Below are positions 10,649 to 20,881 of a stretch of 64,000 nt of DNA, piece by piece. Each line of letters starts with the position of its first letter. The stretch's first letter is position 1. The notes below the pieces were generated by a model that had not been told where the DNA came from, made no database searches, and was given only the letters and a program-made list of their open reading frames with translations. This stretch comes from Styela clava (taxonomy: Eukaryota). The stretch lies in contig NC_135259.1 in NCBI RefSeq assembly GCF_964204865.1, forward strand, positions 16,430,001 through 16,494,000, written 5' to 3'. The translations under genes and the position numbers were made by a program.

Positions 10649-13600
10649 ATGGTTCCAAGCAAGCATCGATGGTCTGGATCATACTGCTGCATTCCTGGTT
10701 GCAAAAGTTCATCCGGGAATGGTGACCATTTGTATCATGTCCCGGATGGTAAGAATAAGAAATTTGGAATGCCTTCAAAGGAATGGGCACAAAAGTTTCA
10801 TCAGGTTTGTTTGGTATCGACAATTTTCCCCTTTCTTCCGTATTTCATTTCGGCCATCAAAAGCATGGGTGAAGTTTATGCTTCCATTTCAGAAATATGC
10901 TGCATGCAACTGATGTATGTGAAGTAGCCTAAAGAGTTTTCACTGTGTATTTTGTGCTTTATGCATTCTAATATTATGTATTCTAATTAACTCACTTATT
11001 TTGCAATATTAATTGCTAAGTAATTTTCTATTGCACCCAGGTTGTGTTCAAATATCGCTTCTCTCCTAATTTCAAAAGCAAAGTTGAGGATGGTAAGGTC
11101 AGAATTTGTGGTGATCATTTCGAGGATGAAGATATCCAAAAGACCAATAAAAGAAGTTGGATTAAGTTTGGAGCATTACCTACAAAATGTTTGCCAAGAA
11201 AATCGCATGAAGTATCTCCTTGCCCACCAAGAAGGATTGTTCCCAAATATTCATCCACAAATGACTGTCCATCTTCATCATCTCAATCTTCGATTTACAA
11301 TTCCATCAATGAAATAATTACAGCTTTTGAAAGTATTACCCTGAAAAACTGGAGAATGCATCGAATTAATGCACACAAAGCTCATTTCACATACTACTCT
11401 AATTACAGTTTACATGCGACACCGGAAATAAGCCTTTTAATTTGCCAATTTGATCAAAAACCATTTTACTTTTCTTGCGCTTTTGCTGGAGTTTACTCTT
11501 CCACTATATCATCGACACTAAGTTTGAGAGGAATTTCAATTTCAATCTTACTCAAAAACTTGGTTGATCTCACTCCTTGTTTTGGTTATAATGTTGTTTC
11601 CACAAAGAGTTCATGGATTCCCAGAAGTGTTGCAGAAATAGAAGATACTGGCGAAATTTCCTTGAAATTTAGGTAAGATATATTTGTGTTCAGTCAGATA
11701 TACTATACAGATATATAATTAATTGTATTTTTGTTGAATTTATCTTTGGTATTGTATCAATACAGATATATCAGCTCTCAATGTGAAATAGCGTATTCTT
11801 ATGCTGGTGCAAGACCCAACATCTGCTCTACTTGTATGCGTCTCCATGTGCATGATCAAGACAGTGACAAGCGAAAAACCAATAGATTCGAAAAACTAAA
11901 ACATGTTCCACTTGCTAATCGGTGTACTTATGCTACAGCTAGTAAAGAAAGATTGGTCGCACTAGCTAATATAAATAGACAGCGGTGAGTTATTATACGC
12001 AATGACCATTGACGAAGGCTTTTGTTTTCATTTACTTTCATGTTTTACAAACTATTTGCAGTTTAAGTGATCTTGAAAATGAGGTACGAAAGGCTGGCAT
12101 CATGGTTTCAACAAATATGTCCTCCATGATTGAAGGATTGTCAGAGGATGAGTTTTTAAAAGACTGGTGGGAAGTTCAGCAACATTTGCAAAAATCTAAC
12201 AGTAAATTTGGAAGGAGATATCCACCATCTATTATTCGGTTGGTAAATCTACTTCGGATTATTATTATTAAATTCATTCATCTCTCTGGCGATTTTGACT
12301 ACCTTTTTGCTTGTTATATTGATAGACCAGTTATTTAAAGACCTGGGAGATATTGTTTGTAGTTCACATCAATTGTTACTTTTAGTTACTGTCTCATGTT
12401 GTATGCAAAGTCACCATCTGCGTATAAATTCATACAAAGAATCATGGTCTTGCCTGCTCCACGTACACTGCAAAATAGCAGAAATGCTTTCTGTGGTTCA
12501 TGTGAATACGGATTTCAAAAATCCATTGCTGCGCGTATACAATTAGAAGCAGATTCTGCAGAGAAAGAATGTGACAAAATGGTTGTACTTGCAGTTGATG
12601 AAATGTCTATAAAAGGTAGTTCAGATTATACGTTTCAGTAGAATGAGTAGGCTTATTTTTTTTTTATTAATTTGGCTATGCAACTCCTGATGCAAAATCT
12701 ACTATTTTCTCTCCAGAATATACATGAATTTTCGCAGCTTAGAAAGAATTTTTTTTCTGTTTCAGAAGATCTTGTGTTCAAATCATCCACTGGGGAGGTT
12801 ACAGGTTATGTCGATTTTGGAAATGAATGCATTAACAATTTGTCCAAATCGTATAACAGGATTGCCAATCATGTCCTTGCGATATATGTTCGAGGTAAAG
12901 TTATTTTCAATAAGAGACGCCACTCCTATATTTTAGTGCCTGTGCACACATTCCATTTTTCACTGTACAATTGTGCAACTCCACGGTTCACACTTGGAAT
13001 ATAACAACCAGTAACTACTTCCTTTGCTTGAGGTGTTATGATAGCCGCCTAAAACTATATCATTATTTCACAGGCATCACAAATCACAAATTGGATGGCG
13101 TTCTTGCGTATTATCCCACGGCTGGAATCAATGCAGAGGATCTTGTCCTATTATTATGTGACCTTTTGGTGGAAATACCTCACCAGACTCATTGTGTTAT
13201 CCTTGCTATTGTTTGTAAGTTAATTTTTCAGTGGTTTCTGTTATACGTTGAATCATTTTGATCAGACATAGATAGGTATTTTTTTCAAGTTGTGTGCATT
13301 TAGCCATGGAAAAGCATGTAGTCAAGCATAGAACTATTTCTGTACAAAATTTGTAACAATGGTGTCACACAGATATTAGTGAAAGAAACACAGAAAGACG
13401 AGAAAGATACAGAAAAGTTGTAATAATTCATTGCATTCTTGTGTGTTATATTACAGCTAAGTCTAGTTAAGCACCTGAATATATCAGTATCAGAATTATA
13501 AAGATTTGGTTTCATTTTGAAGTTGATGGTCTTGCAGCAAATAGGTCAGCTATAAATTTAATGGCAGCCAAAGAGGACAGGATTCCTTACAGAATGAGAA

Positions 13601-14616
13601 ACCCTGCTGATGTTACTCGGTATACAAAACTTTTTATTTGTATGTGATGGCACTCATATGTCTCAAGGCATGGTTGTAATGCAAAAATTTTAAATTCAAA
13701 GGTACATCTACATGCTGCCGGATCCACCTCACCTTTTGAAAACCTGTCGTAATAATTTGCTCAGTACGAAAAAAAATCTGTGGAACGGAGAAGACATCTA
13801 TATGGAACCTGTAAAGCAGCTAATAAGGGTATGAATCTATATGTCGCTGTGAAAGCCTCTGCTTAACACTTTCATCATGAAATGAAATTTCTTTTTAGGA
13901 AGATCTAAAGCGGGGAGAGTTGAGGCTCTTTCATAAAATCACTGAATCACATATTAATCCGAGTCCCTGGGAAAAAATGAGTGTACGTATCGCAGCACAA
14001 ACTTTGTCTTATACTGTAGGTAAGATATATACTTCTTCAAGGTTAAAAAACAGCATGAATTTGATTCACCTCTATTTCAAACCAATAATTTTTTTTAGGT
14101 AAAGCCATAGAAAATCGAGGTTTTTCTGCTTTAGCAGAGTTTATTCTAAATTCAGACAAGTGGTTTGACTGCATGAACTCAGGATTCCAGAATAAAAATG
14201 CTAAACCATCTCGCCAGCCTTTTTACAACATCTATGATAAAAGAATAGAATGGCTTGAGAAAGATTTTCTAAAATACCTGGATGATTGGGAAGAAAAGGC
14301 GTACAGTCGGCCACTAGTAGGAGATGTTAATCGCCAGAAAATGCTGCTCAGTGATGCCACAAGAAATGGCTTGAGAATGGCATCCGTTTCAATGGCTGCG
14401 ATTATTCGTATTGTTCTGAGCAGTGGTGCGAGCTATGTTTTACCACGGCGTATTAACCAAGACCCTCTAGAGGCATATTTTGGTCATCAACGCGATCGAG
14501 GTTCCCGTACTGGAAACCCTACCTTAAGTTTGTTCACATCGAACTCCAGATCAATAGATGTTGTAAAATCTTTTAATAGTGTTTTTGGTTCTAATGTTGC
14601 GATTAAAAATGATTGA
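10649..14616 (+). CDS. THAP-domain P-element transposase, 11 exons, 848 aa, lacking the C-terminal domain
   Basis: Exons 10649-10804, 11041-11672, 11766-11984, 12062-12238, 12386-12615, 12766-12894, 13074-13214, 13523-13619, 13702-13828, 13899-14019 and 14099-14616 splice GT-AG in frame (2547 nt). Motifs: THAP C2CH (CCIPGC..W..ICGDHF..ALPT), HTH (SPSAY..LPAPRTL), catalytic DEM, VFDG and QDPLE, DPPHLLKTCRN, GTP-binding insertion (KITESH..KMSVRIAAQTLS) and FDCMNS. Confidence 0.93.
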
Positions 14617-15043
14617 TAAATTTCCAGAAGCTGAACTTTTTGCTTCGAATACATCCGGATTCTAGTACTAGTTCATTTTCTTAAATCGTTTCTAATTTTA
14701 GTGACTGGCCCGTCTCTGCTTTTAATAATAGTTTATGTATCCAAAATTGTATTTTTATATTAATCGATGGATCGCCAAAAATGCCTCTTATTCGAGAGAC
14801 TGAATTCAAAAAAAAAAGTTTCTCTTTCCCCGTATAATTTTATGGAACCTCATCCATGTTTTAAAAATAGCTATCAATTATTGGCCTGTGTATTTTTTGT
14901 TTCTCTCTACCAGGTCTGTGTAATTCTTCATATTAGTGTCAAAATTCCTGTTCAGTTTACCTATGGTATTTCTTATGCTAAAAAAACACAAAATGAAACT
15001 AGTTCCGTTGGCTAATTTTTATTGTTTTGGTATAATGATGAGA

Positions 15044-16090
15044 TTATTTGGAAAAACAATCCTTCAAAGCATCGCGAAGTCCATATGATTTGGGTCCAGT
15101 TGTTTTTTTTAACACGTTATTCTGCAGTTCAGTATTGCAATGGATATGGGCCCTTGTTCGAATAAATCTTCGCACGAGAATTGTCAGAATACTGGATTCA
15201 CTGGGGCTGAAGGGGTCCATGTCAATATTTCCAATAATACGTCGTTCATCTATTATCCTTTTGCAAACTTGAGACCGGAATTCACGTTCCACAGAGATAA
15301 GGAAGCGAACGAATGTTTCGGATGCTGATATGAGACCGCCTCTATTGCGTTCTTGAAAGCAATCAGGAAGATCGCGCACAGAAGCGTGGCTTTCGCACCA
15401 TGAAGCACCTTCTCCACCTAGACGCTTCATTCCCCATTTTAGCAATCCCCCAGCTAGGTACTCTATCACCTTTTCATCGTCTTCGGTTACAGAAATTTGC
15501 ATGAACGGCTCAGTTAGGGTTACCTGAAATGCTTCTTTTATAATTTTCGGTGCAGCAGTTTTGATTATTCGTTTTACATCCAAATGAGGTATTTCAGAAT
15601 TGTTAGAGTATGGCTTCTGCAATTTTTTAATGTATTCAGCTGTCATTTTAATTCTGGACTCTTCCCTAGAAATTTCCATCAAATCCGCCAAAACTTCCTC
15701 CCACAGTGGTGATTCCTGGTTCAACTGGATGTTCAAATCACTCAGTGCAATCTGCAGTTGCTTCTTGCAGTCAACGCTTCCGTAGTCAATTTCTACTACA
15801 GATATGCCCCATTTTTCTTCTATCTCGTCATCAAGCTGTAAAATAGTTTAGGTATAAACTCTGGTCTAAAAAAGTATATGCCGTAAGTATTTATATAAAG
15901 CAAAATTTGAATGTAATGTAAAAATACTGCCCAAATTTTTAGTCAAACCAAAGCCGGCTTCTGCATTCATATATTAAACTACTATTCATTATTTCAGGAC
16001 CAAATCCTATTTTAGTATAGCAACCAATTTTATATAACTCACGTCATCAAAAAATTCAAGCATTTCTTCCTCAGATAAATCCATTTTCAT
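15044..16090 (-). CDS. Second gene of the P element: 279-aa protein resembling the P-transposase C-terminal domain
   Basis: Exon 1, 16090-16043 (MKMDLSEEEMLEFFDD, donor GTGAGT), splices in frame to exon 2, 15835-15044 (acceptor TTTTACAG). Motifs EDDEKVIEYLAGGLLK, NRGGLISASETF..VEREF and LVRRFIRTR parallel the CTD motifs EYIAGY, GGL..PS..F...E..F and F..IR. Confidence 0.85.
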
Positions 16091-18403
16091 TCGAACTTTG
16101 AATAACGTTAGCAGCGAGCGGCCTAAAAATATAGAGCAGACGACGCCGTGGTTTTGGATTACCCACGCCAACACTAGATGACGCTGTGAACAACAGGTCA
16201 GTATACGGCCTTCCAGACTAGTTATATAATGGCTATGGTCCTGGTTTGCAGAACTATACCCGAAGCGCCGGTTTGTATAATACTTTAACAAATAGGATAG
16301 AAAAGGGGAGGTAGAGAACGGAGAATCGATTTTCTAAGTATTCGGGCACAAATCGAAATCGCGGTAATTCTTTGAAAAAAAAAACAATCGGACATCTCTA
16401 CATAAACTAGGACAGTAATTGAGTAGAAGGGTAGCTCTGTGAAAAGTGGAGGTGGTGACTCTTCTACGGCCCATCGAATTGGGCTTCAGGCCATGTGATT
16501 CAATTAGATGGACCGTGGCCACCACCCCTGTAGTCTGTGAAAGTCCGGAGGTAACAACGAAGGCAAAAGTAAAGTTAGATATTTTTTAAAAAGAGAAGGT
16601 GAAAAAGAAGAATCGGTTATGATTGACGAAAGCTACCTAACAAAATTGGAAATGGATCAACGAAAAGGCCGCTAACCGCCCGCAAATTTGTGCAACATAG
16701 GAACTGAGGTTCCCAGGATCAATCCAACAATGCGGATACGACTTGAAAGAGCTAGCTGGTGGCACTTGAGGGGATGAAGAATGTGAATAGGCATCATTTT
16801 CTAAAGAGTGGAGTTGGGATCCCTGGATTCGACCACTTTTTACGTCCCGATTCCAAAATTACTTCAGACTGCAGGACTGTAATATGTAGGAGGTAACTGT
16901 TTGCTGCCCTTTTGGCGGCGTTTTCAGCAAAACGTATCAACTTCATTCCGCGGATTTTATGGATCCCGAAACGAAATCTCGCGGAGGCCCATAACTTCAC
17001 GTTGCTAAACCTATTTTAACTTGTATACGGTATCGAAGTACACAGGTGGATTTTCTGTGTCTGACTTTTCTTGTGGTGTAGAAAGAAGTGGTGCTGAAAA
17101 TATCTACGATGTACTTACGAGTCACGGCTATCCAGAATACACAATTGAGGCTGAACATACTTTTCAGCTGGTGTGCTGGCTACTTTGTAAAAAATATCGG
17201 CAGTCGCCTCAGTGATAATAGCCTTGATGCGCTCGTGCTAACGTGTCAACATTACAAGAAATAAATGTGTCTACTTTTCAAATGTGTCGAATTTTCTAAT
17301 CCATAATCCATTTGAAATTACGAAATAGAGTACATGCCATTACTTCCCATTCACGATGTGTGCAATATGCCCGCGGGTTTGGTTTTTCAGGATAGGATTG
17401 TCTGATTTATTATCATATCAGGGCGGCATATTTTTTGGGGTAACTTTTTTTTCATTTCAAAGAATTGCGCACGATTATCTTTAAAGCCAAAATGAGTCAT
17501 TTTCGTCGAATCCCAGCTTTAGTTTAGTCATTTCAGGCAAAAGATCTTCCTATCACGGCTTTTAATGCTGATAATTTGTATTTATCTGAAACTCAAAATT
17601 AGTTTTATCCCATGTCTAGTTATTTCTTTATTTGGATCCATAAAAATATGCATGTTGTCTATGAATTGCTTTATTATGAGTCTTTAATTTGCCCACTCTT
17701 TACGATTTCTTATTTGTAAATTGATTTCATCAAACCATCTCGAGGCAAATAATATTTGCCTGCTTATTAATAGATTAAGATCAAGACATTGACTGACAAT
17801 AACGCATAGTTGATACAACTCTTAAACTTGACAGTGTCCATACCCTTTAAAGCAAGTATATCGATTAATAAGCATAGGCAGAGAAATATATATTATCCCG
17901 GACCAGGACTCAATAATCAAACATGTGTTGCAGTTACGGAGAATAATATTAATCACATCGTTACATTTTCGACAACAAACACAAATTTCATGAAATTGAT
18001 TAAAATAAAATGCAGATTACCTATGGAATTGGCAGTGCAAGATTACCAAGCAACAACCTTGGACATAACTTAAAACCTGGCAAGTGCATGGTTAATATTT
18101 CGAAAGATGTCACGCCATCGCATGCATAACCTTGATCAATAAGCATGTCGCGTTAATCAGAGTGTAAAAACAGAAATAGATTAGAGAAAAGTAACATATA
18201 TATTACTAATGAGTTGAAGGTTTTGACAAAGCTTGGAATAACGGAAATCCCGCAGATTTATCATCTAGGCATTTGGGAAAAGTATCGTTCACATGATATT
18301 ACAAACTGTATATATACTTGATGTGGATGAGCGTGAAAATAAATCAATGCACCAGCCGATATTGTCATTATCAGACACGTAAAAAAAAATTAGTGTATGG
18401 TAA

Positions 18404-20704
18404 TTAATCCCAAGATTCCTCTCCAAATCCTGCCATAATATCCGTCTGATTCGAATCTGTGTTATCCCGAGGATTAAATCTATCAACCTCAGCATATTGA
18501 TCCGAACCAAATTGCGATTGGACTTCTGAATTCCATCCATTTTGACTAAACGTTTCTCTTGGTTCACGATTCGTCGGGGTATATTGCCGTGATAATTGAT
18601 GTCCCCTACCGCGGCCACGCCTTGCATCCCGAGCCCCAAAACGCCCTCTGTTGGCGCCATGACTTGTTTCCATAGAATTGGCGGCATTTTCTTCCAACCA
18701 TTCTGGTATAATTTGATTGGCATCTCTAAGAACCTTAACAAGAGGTCGCGCAATACCTCCGTCTTTAAATTCGCAATAAAAGGAAGTCGCTTGACCCAGA
18801 TTTCCACATCTTCCCGTTCTACCGATTCTATGAACATATTCGTCAATTTCCTTTGGTAAGTCGTAGTTAATCACGTGTTCCACTTTAGGAATATCCAAAC
18901 CTCTTGCAGCAACCGACGTAGCAATCATAATAGGACAGGTTCCCGTTGTGAAATCCCGTAATGCCATTTCACGTTCACGTTGAGGTCTGTCACCATGAAT
19001 ACTTGTTGTAGGCAATTCCTCTTGTGAGAGAAAACTGGCTAAAAAATCAGCATTGCGTTTAGTGTCGACAAACACTAAAGTCTTTGCTCCCGTAGCGGGC
19101 ACGTCATTTAAAAGTTCAACCAATGTTTCCCGCTTGTCATCCTGATCCACTTTTAAAACATGTTGAGTGACATCCGTACATGCGCCACCAATGCGACCTA
19201 TGGCCAAAAATATGAAATCTTCTTTTAAAAAATCATGCGCTAATTTTTGTACGTCATCAGGAAAAGTTGCACTAAAGAGCAAAGTTTGTCTATTTGTTTT
19301 ATCAGGAAATCCTGGCGCGCTTGCCAATTCACGAATGGCTGTTTCGAAGTTCATGCTGAGCATTCGATCCGCTTCGTCAAGGATTAAATATTGAACATAT
19401 TCAAGTCCGATTCTATCTCTTCTAATGAGGTCTTGCAACCTACCAGGGGTGGCGATTAGGATATTGCATCCCCTAGTGAGTATTTCAAGTTGATTGTTAA
19501 TAGCTGTTCCACCATACGCCATGAAAGGTTTTATACCAGTATTACGAGAAAATTTTCTTGTTTCATCAAAGATTTGACGAATCAGTTCTCTCGTAGGTCC
19601 TACCACAATTGCTTGAGGAGTTTGCCTTTTAGAAAATTGAGCTGTTTGTAAACCGCTGCGTATCATCCCAGACAAGACAGGCAACAAAAATGCAGCTGTT
19701 TTACCCGACCCAGTTTGGGCACACGCCATCAAGTCTCTTCCGGCGTTTGTGATTGGAATGCTATACTTTTGAACAGGCGTTGGTGTGAGGTACTTGGACT
19801 TGAACACATTAGTGCGGATTGTTTGAGTCAATTCTGCTTCGTCGAAGGTATTAATATGAGAGGGAGCGTTGACTCCGCTAACTTCTACCGGTATTGAATC
19901 GTAGTTATTGAAATTAATTCCAGTTGGAATCGCAGAAAATATCAAGTCATCATCTTCTGACGGGGGTGGAGGGATATACGGTGGCGGGCGATTTTTTTGT
20001 TTGTAATCTGAATTTGCAGTATTGCAGTCATTGGCAATGTGGCCTTCTTCTCCGCATTTATAACAATTACGACTCGAAATTTGATTCTTACAATCACGTG
20101 ATATATGGCCGTCTTTGCCACATTTATAACAAGTAACTTTTCTCTGTCGCTGATCTTCGTTAGTTTCCGTGGAGCGACAGTTATTAGCCAAATGGGTTTC
20201 GTCGCCACATTTATAGCAAGCTCTACGGGGCCTCCTTTGGTTGTCGTCAAATTGTTTGGGCAAATTTTCACAGTTATTTGACATATGACCGATTTCACCG
20301 CATTTGTAACAAGTCACAGTCGTCGAATAGTTTCTTCTGTTGTCGTTTCCCGCCATATCACCAAAACCGTGATTTGAATTATTTCGCCCTGTAGTGAGAG
20401 ATTCATTACCGAAATTTGATTTTCTATTCGTTTGTTTCGCAGTGCTGTTATCAGAACAATTGTTGTCGTTCCTAATCCATGTAGGATCAGCATCCCAATC
20501 TTCTTCGTCAAAGCCGTTTCCAATGCTTTCTCCATTTATATCGTGGTGCTCGTTATTGTACCTAAATGATGTTCCAATATTTCCTGACGATTTGTTCGAC
20601 TCAATTCCATTGTTGTAGTTACCGTTGGTATTAGCTTGGCTAGTAGTTGAAGATAGTACTTCTGCAGGATATTCAACATCCCAGTATTCTTCATCTCCAA
20701 ACAT
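18404..20704 (-). CDS. vasa: Vasa/DDX4 DEAD-box RNA helicase, intronless
   Basis: Four CCHC knuckles (CYKCG..GH...C), YIPP..GINF..Y..IPVEVSG, PTPVQKY, AQTGSGKT, PTREL, TPGRL, DEAD, SAT, ARGLD and HRIGRTGR, with the vasa-type acidic Trp C-terminus EESWD. First ATG at 20704. Confidence 0.93.
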   Translation of the reverse strand: MFGDEEYWDVEYPAEVLSSTTSQANTNGNYNNGIESNKSSGNIGTSFRYNNEHHDINGESIGNGFDEEDWDADPTWIRNDNNCSDNSTAKQTNRKSNFGNESLTTGRNNSNHGFGDMAGNDNRRNYSTTVTCYKCGEIGHMSNNCENLPKQFDDNQRRPRRACYKCGDETHLANNCRSTETNEDQRQRKVTCYKCGKDGHISRDCKNQISSRNCYKCGEEGHIANDCNTANSDYKQKNRPPPYIPPPPSEDDDLIFSAIPTGINFNNYDSIPVEVSGVNAPSHINTFDEAELTQTIRTNVFKSKYLTPTPVQKYSIPITNAGRDLMACAQTGSGKTAAFLLPVLSGMIRSGLQTAQFSKRQTPQAIVVGPTRELIRQIFDETRKFSRNTGIKPFMAYGGTAINNQLEILTRGCNILIATPGRLQDLIRRDRIGLEYVQYLILDEADRMLSMNFETAIRELASAPGFPDKTNRQTLLFSATFPDDVQKLAHDFLKEDFIFLAIGRIGGACTDVTQHVLKVDQDDKRETLVELLNDVPATGAKTLVFVDTKRNADFLASFLSQEELPTTSIHGDRPQREREMALRDFTTGTCPIMIATSVAARGLDIPKVEHVINYDLPKEIDEYVHRIGRTGRCGNLGQATSFYCEFKDGGIARPLVKVLRDANQIIPEWLEENAANSMETSHGANRGRFGARDARRGRGRGHQLSRQYTPTNREPRETFSQNGWNSEVQSQFGSDQYAEVDRFNPRDNTDSNQTDIMAGFGEESWD

Positions 20705-20881
20705 ATCTGTCTTCGTAGATCTGAGTATCACAGTATATAAAAGTCTTAGAAAGTAGTTTTATTATTATATGTGAGTCTACAATACGCTTCTGGCATCTGT
20801 GTGAGGTGAATTTGGTAATAATCTGGATAAATAATTATATTGCGAGAGTGAAAATAAAGCCATATCCAAATATGACACGTC

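Larger units (their letters stand above)
10256..16237. mobile_element. Full-length P-superfamily DNA transposon (5982 bp) with two convergent genes
   Basis: Perfect 28-bp TIRs CATAGCCATTATATAACTAGTCTGGAAG (10256-10283; 16210-16237). 7-bp TSD GTCCTGG (10249-10255; 16238-16244). 34-bp subterminal inverted repeat (10309-10342; 16161-16194). Confidence 0.96.

Noticed and set aside
15044-16090. Gene 2 as a chance inversion of the transposase 3' end
   Set aside because: It has its own ATG exon, an in-frame intron and a long N-terminal extension, and both genes end in clean stop codons with intact TIRs.
10256-16237. Kolobok, Harbinger or ProtoRAG/Transib identity for the two-gene element
   Set aside because: The TSD is 7 bp (not TTAA, 3 bp or 5 bp), and the transposase carries P-specific motifs (D..HLLK..RN, GTP-binding insertion, QDPLE).
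18289-18859. 185-aa and 87-aa ORFs overlapping vasa
   Set aside because: Alternative-frame or antisense by-products of the vasa CDS.
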